DNA from: Eledone cirrhosa
Taxonomy: Eukaryota
Assembly (NCBI GenBank): GCA_964016885.1
Contig: OZ024760.1
Span: forward strand, 28,706,001-28,770,000
DNA length: 64,000 bases
Direction: 5' to 3'
Shown here: piece after piece, positions 52,678 to 64,000 of the stretch
How the letters are laid out: each line of letters opens with the position of its first letter
Position numbering within the stretch: position 1 is the stretch's first letter
The notes under the pieces: model-generated
What the model was told of the DNA's origin: nothing
Database searches by the model: none
Seen by the model: only the letters and a program-made list of their open reading frames with translations
Program-made: the position numbers and the translations under genes

Positions 52678-54040
52678 TATCTGGTTTAGAATAGATACAT
52701 TGTGTCCTTGTGTGTGTCTGGTTTAGAATAGGTACACTGTATCCCTGTGTGTGCCTAGTTTACAATAGGTACACTATATCCCTGTGTATATCTGGTCTAT
52801 AATAGGTATACTGTATCCCTGTGTATATCCAGTTTACAATAGGTACACTGTATCTCTGTGTGTGCCTAGTTTACAGTAGGTACACTGTATCCCTGTGTAT
52901 ATCTGGTCTCTAATAGGTACACTGTATTCCTGTGTATATCCAGTTTACAATAAGTACACTGTATCCCTGTGTGTGCCTAGTTTACAGTAGGTACACTATA
53001 TCCCTGTTTTTATCTGGTTTACAATAGGTACACTGTATCCCTGTGTATATCTGGTTTACAATAGGTACACTGTATCCCTGTGTATATCTGGTTTACAATA
53101 GGTACACTGTATCCCTGTGTGTGTCTAGTTTACAATAGGTACACTGTATACCTGTGTATATCTGGTTTACAACAGGTACACTGTATCCCTGTGTGTATCT
53201 GGTTTACAATAGATGCACTGTATTCCTTGTATATCTGGTTTACAACAGGTACACTGTATCCCTGTGTATATCTGGTATACAATAGGTACACTATATCCCT
53301 GTGTATATCCAGTTTACAATAGGTACACTGTATCCCTGTGTGTATCTGGTTTACAATAGGTACACTGTATCCCTGTGTATGATCCGCCAACACTACAGCT
53401 AACACATACACACATGTACTTCCCTGACATTTGTGTATTATTCTATGTACTTTCTTGACGAGTTGTAGTGCACCTGAGCACTTTACACAATAATTTCATT
53501 ATTATTATTATTATATCTGGTTTACAATAGGTACACTATATCACTGTGTATACCTAGTTTACAATAGGTACACTGTATCCCTGTGTGTATCTGGTTTATA
53601 ATAGGTACACTATGTCACTGTGTATACCTAGTTTACAATAGGTACACTGTATCATTGTGTGTGTATCCAGTTTACAATAGGTACACTGTATCCCTCTGTG
53701 TGTCTGGTTTACAACTGGTACACTATATCCCAGTATATATCTAGTTTACAATAGGTCACTATATCACTGTGTATGTCTGGTTTACAATAGGTACACTATA
53801 TCACTGTGTATACCTAGTTTAAAATAGGTACTCAGTATCCCTGTGTGTATCTGGTTTATAATAGGTACACTATGTCACTGTGTATACCTAGTTTAAAATA
53901 GGTACTCAGTATCCATGTGTGTATATAGTTTACAATAGGTACACTGTATCCCAGTGTGTGTCTGGTTTACAATAGGTACACTGTATCACTGTGTATATCT
54001 AGTTTACAATAGGTACACTGTATACCTAGTTTACAATACA
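52678..54040. repeat. Diverged 37-bp minisatellite interrupted by a CR1 3' tail (53383-53513)
   Basis: Unit tctggtttacaataggtacactgtatccctgtgtata; the insert matches the reverse complement of ~6155-6320 and ends in (att)n. Confidence 0.9.
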
Positions 54041-54593
54041 TATGCTGTGTTGATACTAATATATTTGCTATAACTAGTGTTGTTATTAATACAATTGTCC
54101 CTCTGGATTTCTGTTTCTGGTATTGTTATCAATAAAATTTCCTCCTTTTCTACTTTCTATTATTTTCTTCTCTAACAAATTTCTCTTTAATCCTCCAACT
54201 GCTTGGATTGGCTTCAGGTACTTTTATCCTATTCATGCTTGATGAATATAATCTCACTGACTAATCTTATTTGCATTTCCTTGCATGCCATGCTCTGTAT
54301 TATTTTTCTCTACTCCACCTATACTTTATTACTTTTATTTTTATTACCAATAACATTATGTCTGATTATAGCTCAATGAAACCACTCTCTTTTCTAATCC
54401 ACTACCATTAGTTTACAATGTTGCTTCTTCTGTATCATATCAGCTTGGTTAACCCCTCTTCAGTGTTGCTTATTTACAAAATAGCAAAACTCTGTTATTA
54501 TATTATTCCCCCATCTTTATATACAAAGGTTTGTGGCCTAGTTGCTTGATTACTGGGTCCTAACTTTTCAGTACTAAGGACCCATTTATTTAA

Positions 54594-55160
54594 CCCTTTA
54601 GCATTCAAACCGGCCGTGTCCGGCCAGAAATATCTCACTTCTTTCTGTTGAAACTGGTTGAAACTGGCCGCTTATACTGATGTTAAGGTATTGTTCTCAA
54701 AATAAATAGTATCAAAATCTCATAGATTTGATATTATGTGAGATATTATGTAAGATAACGTATTTACTACAAAAATACAATAGTATATATAGAGTAATCA
54801 TCATCATCATCATTTCATTTTACGTCCGCTTTTCCCTGCTTGCAAGGGTGGGACGGGAACTGATTCTGGCTTGATTTCTACAGCTGGATGCCCTTCCTAA
54901 CACCAACCTCATTTACAGTGTGGGCTGGGTGCTTTTTTGTCATGGCAACTCCACGACCACTTTGCAGTGGAATGATATGGACCCCAGTCCCTATCATCTC
55001 ATTTCTACAGCTGAATGAACTGGAGCAATGTGAAATAAAGTGTCTTGCTCAAGGAAACAACACATCACCCGGTCTGAGAATTAAACTCACAACCTTTCAA
55101 TTGCAAGGCAATGCTCTAACCACTAAGCCATGTGCCTGCAGTAATGTAAATGTTAAAGGG
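54594..55160. mobile_element. piggyBac-like MITE with a nested CORE-type SINE (54798-55137, minus)
   Basis: TTAA|ccctttagcatt..aatgttaaaggg|TTAA; SINE flanked by duplicated agtaat. Confidence 0.82.
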
Positions 55161-55371
55161 TTAAGTCAATTTTCACACTGACCCCTCGTTCCTCCCTCAG
55201 TTTATCACCAACATCAGAGATTTTTATTTTTCAGTTACTAATTCGAACAGGTACCATCTCAAAGTTGTTTATTAGTAGAGTTATTAGTATATGAGACCAA
55301 AAGTCTTGTGGTTAACTTTATCTTTTAATTCTTCCCAAGATCGGTATAATAAAGAAAAGGCCCAGGAGGTG

Positions 55372-55520
55372 TCAAATTGGCAGAGTTGTTAGAAAGTCTG
55401 ATAGAATGCTTTGTGGTGTCTGTTTTGACTCTCTGAGTTCAAATCCTGCTGAGGTCAACTTTGCCTTTCATCCATTCGAGGTCGATAAAAAAAGTACCAG
55501 TCAAGTACTAGGGTTGATTC
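55372..55520 (+). mobile_element. SINE (gaggttaactttgcc family)
   Basis: gagttcaaatcc B box and conserved central domain. Confidence 0.65.
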
Positions 55521-56204
55521 TTCCTCTATAAGGGCAGCAGCAACGAACTCCCTCTTACACCAATGGCCAGCCAACACAGGCTGAAGATAGAATGTGTAGC
55601 AACAAGGGTGGTACCCCAGCATGGTCTCAGCTGGATGGCTGAAACAGGTAAAAGAGTATATCTCTTTCCTATTTCCTCTCTCTTACTCTCTATCTTTCTA
55701 TGGAATAAATCTGCTGTATTCAGACCTGGAGAGGAGATGGGCTCCACCAGGTTTGAAACAATACCTTATACTATAAACACTGTGGTAACCCTATGGTAAC
55801 CCTACGATTCCTTCAGGAGTTACGGGGTTAAACATACTGACCCAGGGTGGTATTTTGAAAAGAATGGCCGGTATGTTAGACCAAAAATCTTGGGGTTAAC
55901 TTCATCTTTTAATTCTTCCTAGGATCGATAAAATAAAGAACTGGCTGAAGGTGGTATTTTAGCAGAACGGTTTGTGTGTTAGACAACAAAATATGGTATA
56001 GAACATGTTCTGGTTGAATTTACATCTGTCATATTGTGAAACGGCTTAGATACAGAGTGAGGGGGCGGGGGGAAGAAGGAAGGTTTAAATGCTATGAAAG
56101 GAAAATAAAAGTTAAGAGTTATCATCTATCTCAGTCATTATCTTAGACTTAAAACCCTGAGATGGGACTGACACCTTTGAGACAGAAAAGACTTAATGAT
56201 CCTT

Positions 56205-56550
56205 CCACTCTCTCATGTTACCTCTCTTTCACTCTCCCCCCTCTCTCATGTTACCTCTCTTTCACTCTCCCTTCCACTCTCTCATGTTACCTCTCTTTCA
56301 CTCTCCCCTCTCTCTCTCATGATACCTCGCTTTCACTCTCCCCCTCTCTCATGTTACCTCTCTTTCACTCTCCCCCCTCTCTCATGTTACCTCTCTTTCA
56401 CTCTTCCCCCTCTCTCATGTTACCTCTCTTTCACTCTACCCCCTCTCTCATGTTACCTCTCTTTCACTCTACCCTCTCTCTCATGTTATCTCTCTTTCAT
56501 TCTCCCCCTCTCTCATGTTATCTCTCTTTTACTCCTCTCTCTTTCACTCT
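56205..56550. repeat. ~32-bp CT-rich minisatellite
   Basis: Unit ctctctcatgttacctctctttcactctcccc. Confidence 0.9.
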
Positions 56551-56902
56551 CCATACCCCCTCCACTGGATCTAATCCATACCTACTCCCTCTCTTTCTCT
56601 CTTCCCTCTCTCTCAATCTGCCCCCTCTTCTAATGGATCAAACCCCTCTCCCCACACGATCTCAATAGGATATAATCTAACACTCCCCCACCACCCCAGT
56701 AGGATCTCCCTCACCACCACCTCCAGTATGACCCCCCCCCCAGAAGTACCCCCCACCGCCTCACCCCCCCCCCCCCCCCCACTAGGATTAACCAATATAA
56801 AATTACTCTACAATAAAATTCTTCAGGCAGAGTTTGTTTATTTTTTTTACTTCCTCACTGAGTATCAATAATAATAGCAAGATACGGCAGATCAATAAAC
56901 TG

Positions 56903-57347
56903 ACAGCAACAACAACAGCAGCAGCAGCAGCAGCAATAACAGCAATAGCACTAACAACAACAGCACTAACAACAACAACACTAACAACAACAACATCACT
57001 AACAACAACAACACTAACAACAACAACAACAACAGCACTAACAACAACAACAGCACTAACAACAACAACAATAACAACAACAGCACTAACAACAACAACA
57101 ACAACACTAACAACAGCAACAACACTAACAACAACAACAGCAGCACTAACAACAACAACAACAACAGCAGCACTAACAACAACAACAACAACAGCACTAA
57201 CAACAACAACAACACTAAGAACAACAGCACTAACAACAACAACAACAACCACTAACAACAACAGCACTAACAACAACAACAGCACTAACAACAACAACAG
57301 CACTAACAACAACAACAGCAGTACTAACAACAGGAACAACAACAACA
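56903..57347. repeat. (AAC)n/AGC/ACT triplet repeat
   Basis: Directly visible. Confidence 0.95.
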
Positions 57348-57842
57348 TCTAGATCTGTTCATCTAACTGTAGAGTAAAGTCTGTGCAACTCTGCATCTTT
57401 GCATCTCTGTATGTCTCTTGTGCAACTCTCTGAATTGTCTTTAGCATTTCTGTGTCTTTGTGCATCGTTGCATCTCCTGTGCACCATTGCATCTCTTGTG
57501 CATCCCTGCATCTCCTGTGCACCATTGCATCTCTTGTGCATCCCTGCATCTCCTGTGCAGCTCTGATCACTTTTGCATCAGTGCTCTACTAGTCATGTAT
57601 CTGTGTATTCTCCATCTCTGTGTGTCTATGTGCATCCCCCCCCACACACTTCCTAACCCCTATCCACCTACCCCTCTCTCTCTATATATATGTGGTTGGC
57701 GTTAGGAAGGGCATCCAGCCATAGACAACCAGCCAGAAACACCCCTATATGAGCGAGTCACAGTCCCCCGACACAACTTGCTTCAAAATAGGACCCTACT
57801 AACCCATGCCAGTGTAGAAGATGGACATTAATCGATGATGAT

Positions 57843-57879
<37 letters not shown>

Positions 57880-57880
<1 letters not shown>

Positions 57881-58352
57881 CGATACTTTGAACACCTTGC
57901 TTCCCTAGGCATGGATACATTAAAGCTCCAACGTCTGGCAACTGACTTGGTAAACACCCACAAAATTATTAACCATCTTGCCAACAACAACCCTGATCAC
58001 CTTTTTGATTTCCATGTGGACATGTCTACAAAGTCAGAAAACAGCACAGCTCCCATGACTTTCAGAAACATTCCTTCATGCTCAGAGTTGCTGAAGCATG
58101 GAACAAACTACCTGCATCAGTTGTTAGCTGTCGAGACACTGCATCCTTTAAAACCTCCATGGAACAAACTACCTTCATCAGTTGTTAGCTGTCGAGACAC
58201 TGCATCCTTTAAAACCTCCATGGAACAAACTACCTTCATCAGTTGTTAGCTATCGAGACACTGCATCCTTTAAAACCTCTATGGAACAAACTACCTGCAT
58301 CAGTTGTTAGCTGTCGAGACACTGCATCCTTTAAAACCTCCATGAAACAAAC
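57880..58352 (+). mobile_element. CR1-clade LINE fragment with a 61-bp unit repeated ~4 times
   Basis: Same family as 6130-6750 (RLATDLVNTHKIINHL..WNKLP..SFK). Confidence 0.8.
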
Positions 58353-58361
58353 TGCCGGTAG

Positions 58362-58900
58362 CCAATAGACGGTAGTCACGGAGTAGGCAGACCCAGAAAA
58401 ACCTGGGACGACTTGATAAATTCCGACCTCACACACTTACACCTCTCCAAGACAATGTCACTGGACCGAGATCGTTGGCGCTACACAGTAATACAGAAGA
58501 CCCGCCTTGCCTAAGTACAAAGTGAAACCTACTACAGTCAGTAGGCACCTCTAACAAAAATACACCCCCGTTCCACTACCCCCACCCCATACACACCACC
58601 CCTTTCAATGTAAAGTTATGTTGGTACCACAACATCCAGTCCGAAACAAATGAGGTCGTGTAGGTGTCACGACAAAAAAACACACAGTCCATGCTGTAAT
58701 GTGGCTGTGTAGGTAACACGGTAAAAACTTCCCAGTTCCACACTGTAAATGTGGTTGGTGTTAGGAAGGGCATCCAGCCAGAGAAAACCCGCCAGACAGT
58801 CCTATGCGAGCAAGACAACCAATCTTGCCTCGAGTGGGAAAACTCCCGTCCAAACCCATGCAAGTGTGGAAGATGGACGTTAAACGATGATGATGATGAT
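58362..58900 (+). mobile_element. RTE LINE 3' end
   Basis: GRPRKTW..DRDRWRY, 3' UTR, (gat)n; matches 22725-23251. Confidence 0.9.
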
Positions 58901-59238
58901 ATATATATGTATATATGTATATGTATATATACAAGTACAAGTTAATATAAATTAATATATATGATAAAACACAAATACCAACATATAAGTGTTTGTATTG
59001 TAAATGACTAAGTTAGCTAGATTGAAAAATACTAATTATAATAATACAGATTGCCTGTCTCGATTTAAAATAATAAATCAATAAAAACAAACGATATTGG
59101 CAAATGGCCGTGGTACTTAGACAAATTTAAATTTCAAAATCAAACCTGTTCTGTAGATAAGTTTAAACTTTAAAATCCAAATAAGTTTCGAGATGAATTA
59201 ACAAATGGAAACTATATTTATATTTATAAAACCATATT

Positions 59239-59303
59239 TATTTCATTATACATATTTCAAGGACACCGAGTTAAATTATGGTGTGCTTTCATCAGATAAA
59301 ATA
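59239..59303 (-). ncRNA. Type I hammerhead ribozyme, family A (left arm of fold-back 59200-59858)
   Basis: Reverse complement of 59761-59825 with one difference. Confidence 0.78.
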
Positions 59304-59509
59304 TAATATAGATCAGTTTTATGAATAAATATTGACATACCCTTAAAGAATGCGACCATTTCTGTTGGAAGCTCCCGGATAGTGGGGTTATTAAAGTTAT
59401 TTAGTCTATTATGCCTAATTTATGCAAATATACATATTTGTCGCTAATAATTCTTTTTATATCTGATACATACACAGACAAACCACACCCAAATACACAC
59501 ACACACACA

Positions 59510-59566
<57 letters not shown>

Positions 59567-59760
59567 GGAGGCACATGACACCTCCTGGGCCAGTTCTTTA
59601 TTATACCGATCTTGGGAAGAAATAAAAGATAAATTTATTTAGTCTATTGGCATAATAGACTAAATAACTTTAATAACCCCACTATCTGGGAGCTTCTAAC
59701 AGAAATGGTCGCATTCTTTAAGGGTATGTCAATATTTATTCATAAAACTGATCTATATTA

Positions 59761-59825
59761 TATTTTATCTGATGAAAGCACACCATAATTTAACTTGGTG
59801 TCCTTGAAATATGTATAATGAAATA
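59761..59825 (+). ncRNA. Type I hammerhead ribozyme, family A
   Basis: UAUUUUAU CUGAUGA aagcacacca uaauuuaacu ugguguccuu GAAA uaugua UA AUGAAAUA. Confidence 0.8.
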
Positions 59826-59951
59826 AATATGGTTTTATAAATATAGTTTCCATTTGTTTATCGTATTTTTACTCCAATAATTTGTTGAGTGCTTTATTTC
59901 AGTTATAAAAATATTTGCTTGTTGTATCCCAACAATTTAAATAGAACTTCT

Positions 59952-60433
59952 ACATGTATATATATATGTATATGTATATATGTATATATATATGTATATG
60001 TATATATGTATATGTATACATGTATATATGTATATGTATATATGTATATGTATATATGTATATGTATATATGTATATATATATATGTATATATATATATG
60101 TGTATATATATATGTATATATATATGTATATATATATGTATATATATATATGTATATATATATGTATATATATATATGTATATATATATATGTATATATA
60201 TATGTATATATATATATGTATATATATATGTGTATATATGTATATATATATGTGTATATATATATGTGTATATATATGTGTATATATATATATATATATA
60301 TGTGTGTATATATATATATATGTATATATATATATGTGTGTATATATATATGTGTGTATATATATATGTATATATATATGTGTATATATATATGTATATA
60401 TATATGTATATATATATGTGTGTATATATATAT
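59952..60433. repeat. (TA)n/TATG microsatellite
   Basis: Directly visible. Confidence 0.95.
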
Positions 60434-61047
60434 GTTGATGTCAGGTCACCAGTTGGTGCTACTGGTAACATGTATCCCAGTACAACCTGTCTCATGGTCG
60501 GGTCGTTGGTGACTAAACTGGCAACCCCACCAAGGTTTCTTGGTGAGGAGGGTGACTTTGGACATCCTGCAGGACTAAAAACAAAACCTGTCAAAGGGCA
60601 AAGAAGCTCTTAAGAGTCAATGGCCATCCAAAATCACCGGGAGAGATGGCCCCTTAGCCTTTGTCAAGGCAGAATTCTAGGAGAAGGAAAACTCTGATAT
60701 AACACCTGCAGCTCTGATGGTATCCAATGATGTTGACTTGTTCTTCTTTTTGGTAAATATCATCTTGGTTAAGAGAGTGGGACTGGCTTTGTGCAGTGCC
60801 TTTGCTCACTATAAAAGCTTCACGGCACAGGCATTTTTTTATATCTGGAGATTTCTCTGCACTTGTCATCACATGGTATCATGGGCCCAGCACTATGTGT
60901 CAATATTTGTCACAAGTGTAGTGTTTGTGCCAGAGTTTTCAAGTCGCTGGCTGGACTAAAAAGTCACACTCGTTCAGCGCATCGGTAGGGGTTCTCCTAC
61001 ATGGATATAAAGTAGTGGCCGTACTCGAAAACGAGTTGGCAGCCACC
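60434..61047 (+). mobile_element. Non-autonomous bipartite RTE-like element, copy 2
   Basis: Highly similar to 40220-40803, ~30 bp longer at the 5' end; C2H2 remnant at 60917-60988. Confidence 0.65.
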
Positions 61048-61058
61048 ATATATATATG

Positions 61059-61093
<35 letters not shown>

Positions 61094-61094
61094 G

Positions 61095-61334
61095 TGTGTA
61101 TATATATATATATCCTTTACTCGATCGACTTTCGTCAAATCGGACCGAGGAAACCATGTTTCCGTTGGTCTTTCTAATTGCTAATACTATCTATCGGTCG
61201 CAACTCCAGGTAGAAGGAGCAACGTGAAATAAAGTGTCTTGCTCAAGGACATAACGCATCGCCTGGTCCAGGAATCGAACTCACAACCTCAAGATTGTGA
61301 ATCAAATTCTCTAACCACTCAGCCACACGCCTTC
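61095..61334 (-). mobile_element. tRNA-derived CORE-type SINE with a different tail
   Basis: Minus: tggctgagtggttagag A box, gagttcgattcc B box, gtccttgagcaagacactt. Confidence 0.75.
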
Positions 61335-61347
61335 ATATATATATATG

Positions 61348-61396
<49 letters not shown>

Positions 61397-61629
61397 GTAT
61401 ATATATGTATATATATGTATATGTATATATATGTATATATATATGTATATATGTATATATATATATATATATGTATATATATGTATATATATGTATATAT
61501 ATGTATATATATGTATATATGTATATATATATGTATATATATATGTATATATATATGTATATATGTATATATATATGTATATATATATGTATATATGTAT
61601 ATATATAGGTATATATATATGTATATAGG

Positions 61630-61674
<45 letters not shown>

Positions 61675-62720
61675 GTATATATATATATATATATGTATAT
61701 ATATGTATATATATATATATATGTATATATATGTATGTATATATATGTATATATATATATGTATATATATATATGTATATATATATCTGTACATATATAT
61801 ATGTAAAAAAATGGGGAGAAGAATACTGCAGGTTGCACATGGATAACATGTTATAAAATGAGTCCCTCATCAGTGATTTGCCAACGATCATAGATATTTC
61901 ATTGCATTAAAAATCATATACCTCACGTTGGTGCAATAATAACTAAATTAAGATATTAGGACAATTAAAACGCGTAAAGCGAGTGAGACAAGTAAACAAC
62001 AAAGAGGAAAGCTAACCGTAGATAGGAAGGGAACAAGCTACATAGTTATTCTGTCAGCATAAGCTGGGTGAATATATGAGCGCGTAGAAAAAAGACCTTT
62101 CGAGATGAATCCAAATGTAAGAAAGAAGGAAATTGTATTAGTCGCGAACAGGGTGAAGTGAGAAGGGGAGAAACAGTGAGTGAGTGAGTATGAGGAAGAG
62201 GTCAGTAGAGAGAAAGTGTTAACTGACATGACAGAGGGGGCGAAAGAAAGTAGAGAAACAGAGAGAACGAGGGAGCAGTAAGAGAGAGAGAGAGAAACAG
62301 AATCGCAGTTTAGGTAAATATATGTGAAAAAATGGGGAGAAGAATATCTGTATATATATATGTGTATATATATATATGTATATATATATATATGTGTATA
62401 TATATATGTATATATATATATGTATATGTATATATATGTATATGTATATATATGTATATATATATATATATGTTTATATATGTATATATATATATATATG
62501 TTTATATATGTATATATGTATATATATGTATATATGTGTATATATGTGTATATATATATATGTATATATGTGTATATATATGTATGTACATATATATGTA
62601 TATATATGTATATATATGTATGTATGTATATATATGTATATATATGTATGTATATATATATATGTATATATATGTATATATATATGTATATATATGTATA
62701 TATATGTATGTATATATATG

Positions 62721-62756
<36 letters not shown>

Positions 62757-62757
<1 letters not shown>

Positions 62758-64000
62758 CATCATCATCATCATCATTTTACGTCCGCTTTTCCCTGCTTGC
62801 AAGGGTGGGACGGGTCTTATTCAGCACAGCATCTCTCCACTCGTCACGGTCCCTCGTTATCTCCACCGTGAGCTTCAATGATCTGAGGTCTGTTCTCACC
62901 ACCTCCGCCCATGTTTTTCGTGGTCTACCTCTACCACGTCTTCCTTCAACTGGCATTTCCTGGCACTTCTTCACCCATCGGTCATCCTCCATGCTCATCA
63001 CATGACCATACCACCTCAGTCTCCTCTCCCGTACACTACATTCTATCCCTCTCAGACACAGTTTCTCTCTCAACACATTTATGCTGGGTCGTTCACGCAC
63101 ATTTACACTGCACATCCAACGGAACATGCTTGCCTCATTTCTCTCCAGCCGTCGCATATCCTCTGCGGTTGCTGCCCATGTCTCACTACCATGCAGCATC
63201 GCGCTCCTCACACAGGCATCATACAACCGGCCTTTCGTACGCAGGGAGAAATCCTTCTTCATCAACAGAGGAAGCAGATCCCTAAACTTCTTCCAACCCG
63301 TCCTTATTCTAGATACTATGGCCTCGGAACACCCTCCTCCCATGCTAATCTGATCTCCTAGGTACCGGAAGCTATCCACCACCTCTATAGCGCCCTCTCG
63401 CATTTGAAAAATGTGTCTATCAGTGCGACTTCTACTGTCTAATTTCCCTGTACATCTACTGCATACAATTTTCTCCCTACCTGTTAGTTTGCCTGCTATC
63501 CCGCTACATCTCTTGTGTACCCAGGACCTACATTGTGTGCATTTTATAGAATTTATGCCAGTTCCTTTTCTGCATATCGAACATGGCCATTTCCCTGACG
63601 GAATCAGGGTTTTGTCCTCTTTTCTACTCATCAACACTTTTGTCTTAGCTAGATTTACTCTCAGTCCTCTTGCTTCCAACTGCTGTTTCCATAGCCGGAA
63701 TTTATTCTCTAGCTCCTCTACTGATTCTGCCATAAGAGCCAGATCGTCAGCATAGAGAAGTTCCCATGGACAGCCAGTCTTAAACTCCTCTGTTATGGCT
63801 TGGAGGACTATAATGAACAAGAGCGGGCTGAGGACCGAACCCTGATGTACTCCTACTTGTATCTGGAATTCCTCACTAAACGCCATTCCTACCCTGACTT
63901 TACTGAGAGTACCTCTGTACAAAGTTTGCACTGTCCTCACAAGCCATTCCTCAACACCCAGCTTCCTTAGGGACCACCAGATGACAGATCGGGGTACCCT
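62757..64000 (-). mobile_element. RTE LINE, third subfamily, continuing beyond the window; reading frame open
   Basis: ORF 62777-63940: HQGSVLSP, YADD, PHD-like finger, [14 protein letters not shown]; very short 3' UTR and (gat)n. Confidence 0.95.

Noticed and set aside
61862-61902. Permuted hammerhead candidate within 61800-62350
   Set aside because: Stems II and III unsupported

Overview
This is AT-rich, almost entirely repetitive animal DNA, most likely cephalopod (Octopus-like; inferred from the repeat landscape), with no convincing host protein-coding gene. Most long ORFs are translations of (TA)n/(TG)n or triplet microsatellites. The main content is: (1) one near full-length RTE-clade LINE (AP endonuclease + RT, one frameshift in an A8 run) and many truncated relatives, those spanning the RT C-terminal half carrying a C4HC3 PHD-like finger inside the RT; (2) fragments of CR1/L2-, CRE- and R4/Dong-like LINEs; (3) tRNA-derived SINEs; (4) piggyBac-, mariner/Tc1- and hAT-type MITEs; (5) many tandem arrays, several demonstrably amplified from pieces of these elements. 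The signal no ORF explains is about 13 well-formed and several degenerate type I hammerhead ribozyme motifs (CUGANGA...GAAA...UH) from several sequence families. They sit in short non-coding elements with fold-back or direct-repeat structure, resembling Penelope-like pLTRs or retrozymes. All folding and alignment was done by eye, so coordinates are approximate.
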